Shown: positions 28,803 to 39,104 of the stretch, piece after piece
Numbering within the stretch: position 1 is the first letter of the stretch
Layout of the letters: each line of letters opens with the position of its first letter
Assembly: GCA_965243025.1 (NCBI GenBank)
Contig: CBDETY010000003.1
Span: forward strand, 4,480,001 to 4,544,000
Reading direction: 5' to 3'
Length of the DNA: 64,000 bases
Origin: Candidatus Latescibacterota bacterium
Lineage (GTDB): Bacteria > Latescibacterota > UBA2968 > UBA8231
The notes under the pieces: model-generated
Database searches by the model: none
What the model was told of the DNA's origin: nothing
The model's input: the letters and a program-made list of their open reading frames with translations, nothing else
Made by a program: the position numbers and the translations under genes

Positions 28803-29202
28803 CCGGGTCCCGGAGCGGATCCGGAAGCGGATCCATCCCCGCCGCGGCCTGCGCAGGGCCTGGATAAGCCGCCGCCCGGGAAGCTGAGGGTTACCCGGAG
28901 CGAATCGGGAGAACAGGTACGGCCGGCCCGACTCACTGTTTCTGCGCACATCGTTGCCGGTTGCCCGGGAATACTCCGGAGCGACGGCCTGCCCGACTTG
29001 GTTCCCATCACAGCTGCCGCACCGGCCGCACCTTGGAACCCCGGATAAACGACCGCCGGCCCACTGGCGCGCCCCCGGAATCCCGGGAACGCCGGGCGGG
29101 CCCATCGGACTTCCGCACAGCCTGCCGCATCCCGAACGACGCTCAGGTCTGCCGCGGCGACTCCGCGGTCAGCGCACCTGCCGCTTCCCCCCGCTTCCGG
29201 GG

Positions 29203-30306
29203 TCACTCCCAGTCGTCGAACGGGTTGTTCGCGGTCGCCAGCGGCAGCGACACCCGCGCGCCGGCCATGTGCGAGGCGTGGGCCATCATCGCCATCTCGA
29301 GATAGAGGCGCGCATTCCCCAGCTGCACCAGCTCCCACTCCGGTTCCTTCCCCTCCAGCATGTCCATCATCGAGCGCGCCATGCGGTGGTGGGCCTTCAC
29401 CCACTTCTCCGCGTCGGGCGGCGGCTCGGAGGGGACCACCTCCCAGCGGTCGTCGCCGAACAGCTTCGGGCTGACCTGCGGGTGGTAGTAGATGTCCGGC
29501 TGGTTGGACATCGGCCCCGGCAGCGACAGGGTTCCCGTGGTGCCGTGGATGTCGATTCGGTAGGGCATCTCCCCGGAATCGCCGCGGTACGACTCGAAGT
29601 CCGCGGCCACCCCTGACGGAAACTGGTAGTAGGCCCTGATGCCGTCGCCGGCGACCAGGCCCATGCCCTCGTCCCCCGGCTCGAGGTCGGCCGGCACCGC
29701 GTCCCGCCCCCCTTCCGTCAGGTGGGCGTGGCACCACAGCGGCTCCCCGAACAGCTGCCAGAGGAAATCGAAGAAGTGGGGGTAGAGGTCGAGGAAGAGC
29801 TGGTCGCCGCCGTGCCTGCCGTTCATGCCGTGGACCCGGCACAGCCGCGGCTCGCCGATCTTCCCGCCGGACCGGATCATCGGGATGGCGACCCGCTGGA
29901 TCGGCGGATGGCCGCGCCAGGGATGGGCGACGACGCACAGCACCCCCGCCTTTTCGCAGGCCGCCGTCATGCGGTCGACCTCGGCGGGAGAGGCGGCCAC
30001 CGGCTTTTCGAGGTAGATGTTGCAGCCGGCCTCGGCGGCGTCGAGCACGAGCTGGCAGTGGTCGCCGATCTCGCGCGAGGCGAGGACGGCGATGTCCGGT
30101 TCTTCCGCGGCGAGCATCTCGCGGTAGTCGGCGTAGCCCGCCCCGGCGCCGGTCCTGTCCAGCGCCGCGGCCCTGCCCTCCCCGTCGGGGTCGGCGAGGG
30201 CGGCTATGCGCGCCCCCTCGACGCCGACGAACCCCATGTCGAGGCCGTGCCCGTAGTTGCCGCGGCCGGTGTGTCCGACGATTGCGATGCTGAACGTTTT
30301 CGACAT
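29203..30306 (-). CDS. Gfo/Idh/MocA family oxidoreductase
   Basis: YADYREML..EEPD, IYLEKPVA, IHGTTG. Confidence 0.9.
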   Translation of the reverse strand: MSKTFSIAIVGHTGRGNYGHGLDMGFVGVEGARIAALADPDGEGRAAALDRTGAGAGYADYREMLAAEEPDIAVLASREIGDHCQLVLDAAEAGCNIYLEKPVAASPAEVDRMTAACEKAGVLCVVAHPWRGHPPIQRVAIPMIRSGGKIGEPRLCRVHGMNGRHGGDQLFLDLYPHFFDFLWQLFGEPLWCHAHLTEGGRDAVPADLEPGDEGMGLVAGDGIRAYYQFPSGVAADFESYRGDSGEMPYRIDIHGTTGTLSLPGPMSNQPDIYYHPQVSPKLFGDDRWEVVPSEPPPDAEKWVKAHHRMARSMMDMLEGKEPEWELVQLGNARLYLEMAMMAHASHMAGARVSLPLATANNPFDDWE

Positions 30307-30309
30307 CTG

Positions 30310-31365
30310 CTATTCCCTTCCCTTGAAATCCGCCAGGGCAGCCAGCAGGGCCTTGATGTAGCCGACGGCGTACGCCAGCCCCTGGTGCGACACCTGCCTG
30401 CTCGCCGGGTTCATGTTGTCGGCCCAGTCCCCCTCGAGGATCGGAATGTGGTCGGGGTTGACGCAGCCGTCGAACCCGACCCGGTCCAGTGCGAGCAGGA
30501 TCCTGGACATGTTCATGTCGCCGTCGTCGAGGCCGGTCTCCTCGTACGCCCGCGCCGTGGCCAGCGACGCCCGGACGTTGCGGAAGTGCACGGTGAAGAT
30601 GCGCCCCTTGCGGCCGTAGTTCTCGATCTCGTCGAGCACCAGCGGCAGGCCGCCGGCCTCGGCGCGGGTGCCGCAGCAGTAGAGGTAGCCGACCTGTCTG
30701 CCGGGAAAGCAGTCGATGATGCGGTGGAAGCCGAGCCCGCCGAACGGGGTGTCGGGCATCGGGATGTCGCTGGGGTGCATGGCGAGCCTTATCCCGGTTT
30801 CACCGGCGACGGGGACGAGCCGCCCGTAGACGCGGCAGAAGTGTTCCCACCAGTCGTCGAGGGCCTCCCTGCCGGGCGGTTCCGTGCTGGCGCCGTCCCA
30901 GACGTGCACCCTCCGGCTCCTCAGCTCCTGCTCCGACAGCTGGTGGGCGCGTCCTCCCAGGACCGTATCCCCGGCCCCGAGGTAGCCGCCCCGGTGCACC
31001 GACCTGTAGTGGCGGAGCAGGTGGTTGAAGGTGTCCCCCTCGCAGCGCTGGCGGGCGATCGGAGCCCCGGCCTCGGCGAAGACGGCCAGCGCCGCGGCGC
31101 TGTTTTCCAGCTCGCGCTCCGCACCGTCGCGGTCGAGGAAGAACGCCTCGGTGATGTCCGGCAGGGTTACCCGGTTCCAGTCCATGCCCCAGGACCGCAG
31201 CCGGCGGCGGATGCGGACCAGCTCGTCGAGATCGGGGTAGCCCTGTTCCCTCACCCCGGGAAACCAGTCTCCGCTGCCGAAATCGATGCAGTCGACCCCG
31301 AGCTGGGACATCTTGCGCAGATAGCTCTCGGAAAGCCCGGGGTCGTGTCCCACAGATACGCGCAT
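30310..31365 (-). CDS. Mannonate dehydratase (UxuA)-like protein
   Basis: PVAGETGIRLAMHPSD, YCCGTRAE, VHFRNVR, DDGDMNM, NPDHIP, AYAVGYIKALL. Confidence 0.82.
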   Translation of the reverse strand: MRVSVGHDPGLSESYLRKMSQLGVDCIDFGSGDWFPGVREQGYPDLDELVRIRRRLRSWGMDWNRVTLPDITEAFFLDRDGAERELENSAAALAVFAEAGAPIARQRCEGDTFNHLLRHYRSVHRGGYLGAGDTVLGGRAHQLSEQELRSRRVHVWDGASTEPPGREALDDWWEHFCRVYGRLVPVAGETGIRLAMHPSDIPMPDTPFGGLGFHRIIDCFPGRQVGYLYCCGTRAEAGGLPLVLDEIENYGRKGRIFTVHFRNVRASLATARAYEETGLDDGDMNMSRILLALDRVGFDGCVNPDHIPILEGDWADNMNPASRQVSHQGLAYAVGYIKALLAALADFKGRE

Positions 31366-31436
31366 TCTCTTCTCCCTGACAGCCAATGCTACGATATTCG
31401 GCAGCCCCGACAACCTAGTGTAACCGCCACACGACG

Positions 31437-32396
31437 ATGATCACCCTCGCCGACCTCCAGGAAGCCGGAGACCGCATCCGGGGCGTGGTGCTGCGCACCC
31501 CGCTGGTCCCCCTCCGCGACACGCCGTCAGGGCCGCTGCACCTGAAAGCCGAGAACCTGCAGCCCGTGGGGGCCTTCAAGCTGCGCGGGGCGTACAACAA
31601 GATCGCCTCGCTGTCGGCGGAGGAGAAAGGGCGCGGGGTCATCGCCTTCTCCAGCGGCAACCACGCCCAGGGTGTCGCGCACGCGGCGCGGGCCCTCGGG
31701 GTGAAGGCGACGATCGCCATGCCGGCGATCGCCCCGGAGGTCAAGAAGCGGAAGACGCGCCAGCTCGGCGCCGAGGTCGTCGAACTCGCCGAGGGGTCTG
31801 AGGAGGACTGGCGAGTTGCGGCCGAGGAGATGGCGGCCGAACACGGGTACGCGATGGTGCCCCCCTTCGACGACGAGACCATCATCGCCGGGGCGGGGAC
31901 CGTCGGCCTCGAGATCTGCGAGGACCTGCCGCAGGCCGATCTCGTGCTCGCCCCCATCGGCGGCGGCGGGCTGCTCAGCGGGGTGGCCGCCGCGGTCAAG
32001 CTCGGCGGATCCGGCGCCAGGGTAATCGGGGTCGAGCCGGAGCTGGCGGGGGACGCCAGGGCGAGCTTCGAGCGCGGAGAGATCGTCGAGTTCGAGCTGG
32101 CGCAGACGCGCCGGACCATGGCCGACGGCCTGCGCGCCACCCGCGTCGGCGCGGTCACCTATGCGCACATGAGGGCGTTCGTCGACGACGTGGTCACCGT
32201 CAGCGAGGAGGAAATCGCCGAAGCGATGCGGCGCATCCTCCTCGACGCCCGCCTGGTAGCCGAGCCGAGCGGCGCCGTCGCGGCGGCCGCATGGATGTTC
32301 CGCCGGGACCGCCTGCCCGCCGGCGAGACCGCTGCCGCCGTGGTCAGCGGCGGCAACGTCGAACCGGACCTGCTGGCGCGGATACTGACAGGGTGA
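31437..32396 (+). CDS. PLP-dependent threonine/serine dehydratase (no ACT domain)
   Basis: LKAENLQPVGAFKLRGA, SSGNHAQ, PIGGGGL, EPSGA, SGGN. Confidence 0.93.
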   Translation: MITLADLQEAGDRIRGVVLRTPLVPLRDTPSGPLHLKAENLQPVGAFKLRGAYNKIASLSAEEKGRGVIAFSSGNHAQGVAHAARALGVKATIAMPAIAPEVKKRKTRQLGAEVVELAEGSEEDWRVAAEEMAAEHGYAMVPPFDDETIIAGAGTVGLEICEDLPQADLVLAPIGGGGLLSGVAAAVKLGGSGARVIGVEPELAGDARASFERGEIVEFELAQTRRTMADGLRATRVGAVTYAHMRAFVDDVVTVSEEEIAEAMRRILLDARLVAEPSGAVAAAAWMFRRDRLPAGETAAAVVSGGNVEPDLLARILTG

Positions 32397-32569
32397 GGGC
32401 AGGTCCGGACCCGTGAAAAACCCCGGGGCGGCCCTCCTGCCGCCCGCCTGTGCCCCTTCCCCTCCGGTTTTCCGTGGACTTCCGGGAACCTGCGGAGGAG
32501 ACGGCCTGCCCCCGTTTCTGCCCGCGGTCCCCGCTCCCGCGAGCCCCGCCCTCCACGTTCTGTAAACCG

Positions 32570-33868
32570 ATGCCCATTTCGATCGCCGCGGCCCTGAGCG
32601 GTTTCCACCTGCGCGAGTTCAACCGCAACGTGCGGCTGTTCTTCCTCTACGGCATCTCGATCAACGCCGGCATGGCGCTGTTCACGCTGCTCTACAACCT
32701 CTACCTGCTGCGCCTGGGGTACCAGGAGGACTTCATCGGCCAGGTCGCCGGCATGGCGCCGCTGGCGACCGGACTGCTCGCCCTTCCCGTGGGCATGCTC
32801 AGCGACCGCTTCGGCCGCAAGCCGTTCCTGGTGGGGTCGAGCCTGCTGCTGACCGTCTCGCAGCTGGGGCTCTGCTTCGCCGGCGCCCCCGGGGCCCTGC
32901 TGGCCTTCTCCTTCGTCGGCGGCCTGGGCTCGGCCTGCATCTGGGTCAACCACGTCCCCTTCCTCTCGGACAACGCCCACCCCTCGCGGCGCGCCGAGGC
33001 GCTGGTGATCTGGACCGCCCTGCAGGTCGTGATCCGCATGCTCCTCAGCATGGCGGGGGGCGTCATGCCCGGGGCCCTGGCCTGGTTCCTCGGCGCCTCC
33101 ACGGAGATGCCGGAGCCGTTTCGCTACTCGCTGTTGCTCGGGGCCTTCTTCTCGCTGGTTGCGGCGCTCCCCCTGCTCGCGGTCGAGAGCAGGACCCATC
33201 ACCAGGTTTCCGCCGCAGCGCGCCCCGAAGAAGCGGACGCCGGCAACGGCCGGCCCTGGCGCGTCTGCACCGCCATCGCCGTCCTGAGCGCCGGCCGCGG
33301 CTTCTCGATGGGGCTTACCTACCCGTTCTTCAACGTCTTCTTCGAGGAGGAGCTGCAGGTCGGGCCCGCGGCGATCGGGGCGATTTTCTTTCTCAGCCAG
33401 CTCGTCAGCCTGCCCACCACCTTCGGGGCGCCCTCCCTGGTGCGCCGGCTGGGGCCCACCGCGGCGATCCTCTGCGCCCGCTGCATCGGCGGCGGCGCGG
33501 TCGCCGTCATGGGAGCGGCCATCAGCCTGCCCGTGGCGGTGGCGATGTTCCTGCTCGTGCGCGCCGGCGAAGTGATCGACAACCCCTCCGACCAGCACTT
33601 CTCCACCCAGGTTCTGCCGCGCCGCTACTGGGCCCGCATCCAGGGGTTCCGGGTCTGCGGGTTTCAGATCTTCAACTTCGCCGGCAGCATCTTCGGGGGG
33701 ATGCTGATCCTCGAGCACGGGTACTGGGCCGCCTTCGGACTCGCGGGGGCCGCGCGCATAGCCAGCGGCGCGATCATGACCGCCTTCTTCGGGCTCGCGC
33801 CGCGGCCGGACCACCGGTTTTCTCTCGAAGCGGACCGCACTTCACGAGTCCGCCGGCAGCGACGGTAG
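32570..33868 (+). CDS. MFS transporter
   Basis: GMLSDRFGRK motif A; about 12 hydrophobic segments. Confidence 0.88.
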   Translation: MPISIAAALSGFHLREFNRNVRLFFLYGISINAGMALFTLLYNLYLLRLGYQEDFIGQVAGMAPLATGLLALPVGMLSDRFGRKPFLVGSSLLLTVSQLGLCFAGAPGALLAFSFVGGLGSACIWVNHVPFLSDNAHPSRRAEALVIWTALQVVIRMLLSMAGGVMPGALAWFLGASTEMPEPFRYSLLLGAFFSLVAALPLLAVESRTHHQVSAAARPEEADAGNGRPWRVCTAIAVLSAGRGFSMGLTYPFFNVFFEEELQVGPAAIGAIFFLSQLVSLPTTFGAPSLVRRLGPTAAILCARCIGGGAVAVMGAAISLPVAVAMFLLVRAGEVIDNPSDQHFSTQVLPRRYWARIQGFRVCGFQIFNFAGSIFGGMLILEHGYWAAFGLAGAARIASGAIMTAFFGLAPRPDHRFSLEADRTSRVRRQRR

Positions 33869-34064
33869 CCGCGCGAGAGCCGATACCGGGGCAGGACTCA
33901 CTGCCGCGACGGCACGACTCCGGAACCTGACCCCATCGCGGCGACTGCGTTGATATCCGTGCCGCCGGGCCCCTACCTTGTCGCCGTTCCCGGGAATTGC
34001 GGAGCAGCCATTTCCTTTCCGCAGGGTACCGCCGCCCCGCGGATTCACCAGGGAGAGAAATCCC

Positions 34065-35030
34065 ATGCCGCTGACCGAAAGCCAGCTCGCCGACTTCAGG
34101 CGGGACGGCTACATCCTGGTGCCGGACCTGTTCTCCCCCGCCGAGGTCGGGGCGGCTCTCGAGGAGATGGAGAAGATCTTCTACGGAAAGAGCTTCCCCG
34201 GGCACCTCGCCGCCCTCGACGCCGGTGCCAAGGCCGACTCGGTCGAGCCGGTCCCCACGGTCGCGGTGCCCCATTACGGCAACACCGAGCACGGGCGCGC
34301 CCAGTTTCCGACCGGGGCGGACGCCCTCGACAGGCTGATCGAGAACGACGGGTACCTCGACGTCTTCGAGCAGTGCCTGGGAGCCGAAGCCAGCTACTGC
34401 AACGCCCACCTGTTCATGCGCTCCGGCCCCACCGACGAGCGCCACGCCGAGCATCTCTGGCAGGGATACCACATCGATCACTACACCAACTGCTTCCTGC
34501 CCCCGAGCCGCGCCGTCGGCGCCTTCGACTACGTCAACAGCGGCGTCTACCTGCACGACGTCGAGGAGGACGGGGCGCCCATGCACGTGATACCCGGTTC
34601 CCACCGCCAGGTGGTCGAGCTGTTCCCGAGGCTGGCCGCCGAGGGCAACCTCACCTCGGGCAGCGTCGGGGACATCCGCAAGGTCCCGGAGTTCGCCGCG
34701 CCGGTGCCGACCACCGCGAAGGCCGGGTCGGCGCTGTTCCTCTCGTCCTATCTCGTGCACGCCGCCGTCCCCTTCCGGAACCGGCGCATGCAGCGCGCCT
34801 TCTGGACCCTGTCGATGTGCCGCGCCGACACCAGCCGCTGGACGAAGCTCGCCAACCCCTGGACCGGTCCCGAGCGGGAGCACATCAAACCGTTCTGGGA
34901 AACCACCACGCCGCGGGTGCGGACCTTGTTCGGATGGCCGCCTCCGGGCCACCCGTACTACGACGGCGAAACCCTGGCCAACCTCGAGGTGCTGTTTCCG
35001 GACCTCGACCTGGCGCCGTACTCCGGGTAA
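34065..35030 (+). CDS. PhyH-family Fe(II)/2-oxoglutarate dioxygenase
   Basis: FRRDGY, YHID, YLHDV..DGAPMHVIPGSH, LVHAA. Confidence 0.9.
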   Translation: MPLTESQLADFRRDGYILVPDLFSPAEVGAALEEMEKIFYGKSFPGHLAALDAGAKADSVEPVPTVAVPHYGNTEHGRAQFPTGADALDRLIENDGYLDVFEQCLGAEASYCNAHLFMRSGPTDERHAEHLWQGYHIDHYTNCFLPPSRAVGAFDYVNSGVYLHDVEEDGAPMHVIPGSHRQVVELFPRLAAEGNLTSGSVGDIRKVPEFAAPVPTTAKAGSALFLSSYLVHAAVPFRNRRMQRAFWTLSMCRADTSRWTKLANPWTGPEREHIKPFWETTTPRVRTLFGWPPPGHPYYDGETLANLEVLFPDLDLAPYSG

Positions 35031-35072
35031 GCCAGACTGCTGAAACACTCGACCAGAGCCGCGGTCCGGGCC

Positions 35073-35885
35073 CTATCCGCGCGCGAACTCCGGGAACAGC
35101 TCGTCGTGGATCTGCGCCGCCTGCCGCAGGTGGACCATGCGGCTTTCGCCGGCGGTGTCGACCATGGTGGGATAGAACATGCCGGCGCCGGTGTCGACCT
35201 TGTTCCTCCCCGGAGAGTGGATGGAGAGGTACTGGCGGGCGAGGTCGTGCTCCTCCGGGGTGCGGGCGTGCCGGGTGCAGTTCATGGTGAACATCCGCCT
35301 GCGGCCGCCGCCGCCGAAGGACGCGTGGTAGAGGTCGTGGTTGAAGATGACGACGTCTCCCGGATCGGTTTCGATGGCGACGTTGCCGGGGAACTCGCTC
35401 TCCGGGACTCCGAACAGCTCCTCGGAATCGTTCGGTCTGATCTCCTCCTTGCGGACGAAGTGGTCGGGGCGGTGGCTGCCGGGAATCACCCGCAGACAAC
35501 CGCTGCCTGCCCGCAGCTCGTCGAGGTAGAAGGCGGTCTTGGTTGCCCACAGCTGCCCCCAGTTGCCGTCGGGATGCCAGCGGGTGTCGCCGGCGTAGTA
35601 GTTGCCGTCGCCGCTGCAGTAGTTGAAGTCCTCTCCGATCACCCCCCCGATCAGGCCGCGAACCCCCGGGTGGTCGAGGAGGGTGCACATCTTCGGAGTG
35701 TGCTCGATCGGGCCGCCGAACATGGTGCGGCGGCTGCCGTCGTGCTCGCTGCCGCCCCCGCAATTCCGGATCGACCACTCGAACTCCTCGGTGACCCACC
35801 CGACTTCGGCGGGGGACAGGAGCTTGCGGACGATCAGGTATCCGAAGGTGTGGAAGTGCCGCAGCTGCTGTTCGTTCAGTCGCAT
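35073..35885 (-). CDS. PhyH-family Fe(II)/2-oxoglutarate dioxygenase
   Basis: FHTFGYL, WHPD, GCLRVIPGSH, PGDVVIFNHDLYHAS; GGAG RBS. Confidence 0.92.
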   Translation of the reverse strand: MRLNEQQLRHFHTFGYLIVRKLLSPAEVGWVTEEFEWSIRNCGGGSEHDGSRRTMFGGPIEHTPKMCTLLDHPGVRGLIGGVIGEDFNYCSGDGNYYAGDTRWHPDGNWGQLWATKTAFYLDELRAGSGCLRVIPGSHRPDHFVRKEEIRPNDSEELFGVPESEFPGNVAIETDPGDVVIFNHDLYHASFGGGGRRRMFTMNCTRHARTPEEHDLARQYLSIHSPGRNKVDTGAGMFYPTMVDTAGESRMVHLRQAAQIHDELFPEFARG

Positions 35886-35896
35886 GTCAACTCCAT

Positions 35897-36772
35897 TCAC
35901 TGTTTTCCGCCGGCGGCCGGACCGATGGCGGCCAGCGCCTTGCGCAGGTACGCCGCGTCCGCCCTGGCCCACTCCTCCAGGTTCGGCGGCGAGCTTTCCG
36001 CCCAGCCCACCTGCCGGATGATCGCCTCGTCGAAGCGGTACTCGGTATGCACGGTCAGCGGGCCGTCGAAGCCGAAGCCGCTCAGAATGCCGAGGCATCT
36101 GTCCCAGTCGACGCACCCCTCCCCCACCTTGACGAAGCAGTGGTTCCAGGGCGGCCTCCTCTCCGGCTCGCGGCGGTACATGGCGTCCTTGATCCCCACC
36201 ACCGAGAGGTGAGCCCTGATCATCGCCAGCCCCATCTCCCAGTCCTCGCCGTCGAGGGCGAGGTGGCCGAGGTCGGGATAGGCGCCGACGAGACGCGGGT
36301 CGAACCCCCGGACCAGGTGCATCAGCCCGGCGCAGTTCGAGCCGATGCAGGCGCCGCTGTGGACCTGGTAGCAGGTCTGCACCCCGTGTTTCCCGCTGAG
36401 CCTGGCGAAGCCCTCCAGGTCCCGGCGCGCCGCGTCGACGGCCCGCCAGTAGTCGTCCCCCGGGGCAAAGCGCCAGAAGCCGATCTTCAGCCGCGGGACA
36501 CCGGCCTCGGCGCAGGCGGCGTACAGGCTTTCGGCGCCGGGAGCGTCCGGATCGACGAAGTCCGTGGCCGCGGTCGCCAGCGGACAGGACAGCCCTTGGC
36601 TTGCCCACACTGCCACCGCTTCGGGAAGCTCGGCCGCGGCGTTGCCGGGGTGGACGGGGTGGCCCGGACGGACGCAGACGTCGATGCCGTCGTACCCCAG
36701 CTCGAGCGCCTTGCCGCCCAGCTCCGGAACCGGCAGGCCGGAGAAGAACTTCGAGTTCAGGACTATCTGCAT
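35897..36772 (-). CDS. Sugar phosphate isomerase/epimerase (xylose isomerase-like TIM barrel)
   Basis: LGYDGID..VRPG, QVHSG, DLGH, IKD, GEGCVDW, HTEY. Confidence 0.88.
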   Translation of the reverse strand: MQIVLNSKFFSGLPVPELGGKALELGYDGIDVCVRPGHPVHPGNAAAELPEAVAVWASQGLSCPLATAATDFVDPDAPGAESLYAACAEAGVPRLKIGFWRFAPGDDYWRAVDAARRDLEGFARLSGKHGVQTCYQVHSGACIGSNCAGLMHLVRGFDPRLVGAYPDLGHLALDGEDWEMGLAMIRAHLSVVGIKDAMYRREPERRPPWNHCFVKVGEGCVDWDRCLGILSGFGFDGPLTVHTEYRFDEAIIRQVGWAESSPPNLEEWARADAAYLRKALAAIGPAAGGKQ

Positions 36773-36899
36773 GTTGTCTCAGCGGGAGCCATGGTTAAAT
36801 GGGGGTGTGCGATGACAGGCCGAACGCCCCTCGCCCCGGGAATCCGGGGCGCCCCGTTTCATCGCCGCCCTGCGCCTGCGGGAACCGGTCGGCCCCGTG

Positions 36900-37751
36900 C
36901 TATTCCGGTTTCCGCTCGACCGGGCCGGACGGGCCCACCAGGACGACCTTGCCCCAGGTCGAGTCGTCGTCGCCGTTTCCGTAGAGCACGAAATGCCCGC
37001 CGTAGGGGCCCCCGTCCGGATCGGTGTGGACGATCTCCAGGCTGTACAGGTCGCCGACCTTCGGCGGCCGCCAGTCGGGGTCGCTGACGCCGAAGGTGGC
37101 GGCCATGTCGACGCGCGCCTCGAGAACGAAATCGCCCGTGCCGCCCCCCCGGGGATCGAGCCGCACCTCGTAATCGACCGCCGCCTTCGGGAGCGGCTCG
37201 TGGATGTAGGTCGTATCCGCGGTGCCGTGCATCCACCAGGCTCCGTAGTCGGGCTTGCGCGGATCGATGACGAAGCAGAAACCGTTGTCCCCCTGGCTGA
37301 ACGACTCGGGCGCCTCGTCGCGCGGCGCCTCCATGTACCAGGCCACCGCGTCCATGTACCACCAGCGGTTCCTGCCCGGCTCCGGGTCGTCGACGTCGTT
37401 GACGTTGTCCCAGCCCTCGGCGCCGAGATACAGAAACTTCCTGTCCCAGGCGATGTAGTAGCGGGCCCGCAGGTCCTCCCCGGGGGAAGGCTCGTCCCCG
37501 TGATCGGTGAGGCGGTTGATGCGGGGATCGAACCAGGGAGTGTAGCGCAGCCGCTCAATGTCCCAGACGCCGTCGGTGTAGGACAGCTCCTTCCATTCGG
37601 CGAGGTCGCCGTCGATGGCCGGGGCTTCGAGCAGAAGCGGCACGTGCATGGTGAAGTCGGCGGCGCTGGGGCCGGCCGGGGAGGCCGGGGCAGCGGTGAA
37701 CGCGGCGACCAGCGCCGTATTCACCGCGGCGGTCCGGAAATGGTTTCGCAT
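36900..37751 (-). CDS. Secreted DOMON/CBM9-like sugar-binding protein
   Basis: Signal peptide; PAIDGDLAEW, AWDRKFLYL..E..D, FVLEARV, TWGKVVLV. Confidence 0.7.
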   Translation of the reverse strand: MRNHFRTAAVNTALVAAFTAAPASPAGPSAADFTMHVPLLLEAPAIDGDLAEWKELSYTDGVWDIERLRYTPWFDPRINRLTDHGDEPSPGEDLRARYYIAWDRKFLYLGAEGWDNVNDVDDPEPGRNRWWYMDAVAWYMEAPRDEAPESFSQGDNGFCFVIDPRKPDYGAWWMHGTADTTYIHEPLPKAAVDYEVRLDPRGGGTGDFVLEARVDMAATFGVSDPDWRPPKVGDLYSLEIVHTDPDGGPYGGHFVLYGNGDDDSTWGKVVLVGPSGPVERKPE

Positions 37752-37807
37752 CCCAAAGTCTCCTGTCATTCAACTGGAAGCGGCTGGCAATCCAAACCAC
37801 AGGCAAG

Positions 37808-37835
37808 GATTCTCCCGGTTCGAACCGGGAGGATC
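37808..37835. repeat. Perfect 20-bp palindrome CTCCCGGTTCGAACCGGGAG (37812-37831) with imperfect extension
   Basis: Self-reverse-complementary sequence between two co-oriented genes. Confidence 0.6.
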
Positions 37836-37949
37836 GAGTAAGCAGCGCCGGGAAATCCGCGGTCCAATCCCCATGGGGGACCATAAACGAGATCCGGGTG
37901 CCCTGTGGAAATATTGGCAGTGCGGCAGGGAAGCCGCCAGTAGGACGGC

Positions 37950-38954
37950 TCAGTCCTTGTCGGAAAGGGAATCTTCGCCGCGAGGGCCCGGTTCCAGGGA
38001 TGCCTTGATGCGGCCCCAGGAGACGGATTGCACCGCAGAGTCGACTGACTCACCGCCGGGGCCGAGCAGCAGACCGTCCACCCAATTGCCGGCTTGTCTG
38101 CCGATACCCTCCCAGTTGGGTTCGCCCAGCAGGTAAAAAGCACGCGGGCCATGTGGTTCGACGTCATGGTCATGGACATTGACATCAAACCCGATGACGC
38201 TTCCCCCCGCAAACCGGGATACGACACTCTCCTCCGGGGGGCCCAGGTGATGCAGGCGGTCAAAGCTGGTGACGAAAAACTCGATCAGCCAGACCGTGGG
38301 GTTCCCGCCCAACACACTCCCTCCCCCCCGGGCGAACGGGGGATGTATCATCCAGTCGACCGGTTCGTTGGTGATCCCCTCCAAACCAATCGCACTATCC
38401 GTAGTATGAGGCAAACTGACCATCGGCCCGGCAGGGACGCGGGAAATCGCGCTGTATCGTTGGGCCTGGCTGTTCGTCTTCAAAGCCTCCTCGGGCTCAT
38501 CGTGCGACGCGAGAAACAGATATTCTCCCCCGGTGTGATCTCCGTCGATCAGAAAACTCATGCTGTCATGGGCCTCGAAAATAAAGTTGGGGAATTCGAG
38601 AGGGTCGTATTCGTTCACGTACACATCGTCGGCAAACTCGCCGGCGACATGGATCCGGCCGTCCCGGCTCCATCCCATCCAGATGCGGAAATCGAGGTTG
38701 GCCGGATCGAGCCGGTCGTACGAAGTCGTCTCAGTATCGGACCACAGGTTGAAGTCGAGGGGCGTCAGGGTCGGCTCACCGACGGCATCCAGCCAGTCCT
38801 CCACGCTGCCGTCGTCCAGGTCGAGGCGGGCCAGGATTTCCTCCGAGAGACAGGGGATCGGAAACAGACGGTCGCCGACATGGGCGGCTACCGGGGCGGC
38901 CTCAGCCCAGGTGGCCGCAGCTGCCAGGAGGAATATGCAGCGGCGTTTCGCCAT
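37950..38954 (-). CDS. Secreted DOMON/CBM9-like protein with C-terminal SWGRIKA motif
   Basis: Signal peptide (AH cleavage); LDDGSVEDW, FRIWMGW, DGDHTGG, IGFDVNVHD; SAVQSVSWGRIKASL. Confidence 0.7.
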   Translation of the reverse strand: MAKRRCIFLLAAAATWAEAAPVAAHVGDRLFPIPCLSEEILARLDLDDGSVEDWLDAVGEPTLTPLDFNLWSDTETTSYDRLDPANLDFRIWMGWSRDGRIHVAGEFADDVYVNEYDPLEFPNFIFEAHDSMSFLIDGDHTGGEYLFLASHDEPEEALKTNSQAQRYSAISRVPAGPMVSLPHTTDSAIGLEGITNEPVDWMIHPPFARGGGSVLGGNPTVWLIEFFVTSFDRLHHLGPPEESVVSRFAGGSVIGFDVNVHDHDVEPHGPRAFYLLGEPNWEGIGRQAGNWVDGLLLGPGGESVDSAVQSVSWGRIKASLEPGPRGEDSLSDKD

Positions 38955-39104
38955 GGAAGAACCGGGAGCATCGATCATCGGGGAGCTCGGCGCCGATCCT
39001 GCAAGCGGATCCTTCAAAGCAGCAGAAAAGGTCGGCCCTCCGGGGCTCATCCAACAAGTGGTGCTTTCGTCACACTGCGGGGGTGTATCGTATCTTGATG
39101 AGCC

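Noticed and set aside
37812-37831. GGTTCGAACC resembling a tRNA T-loop
   Set aside because: No acceptor, D or anticodon arms; it is a simple palindrome
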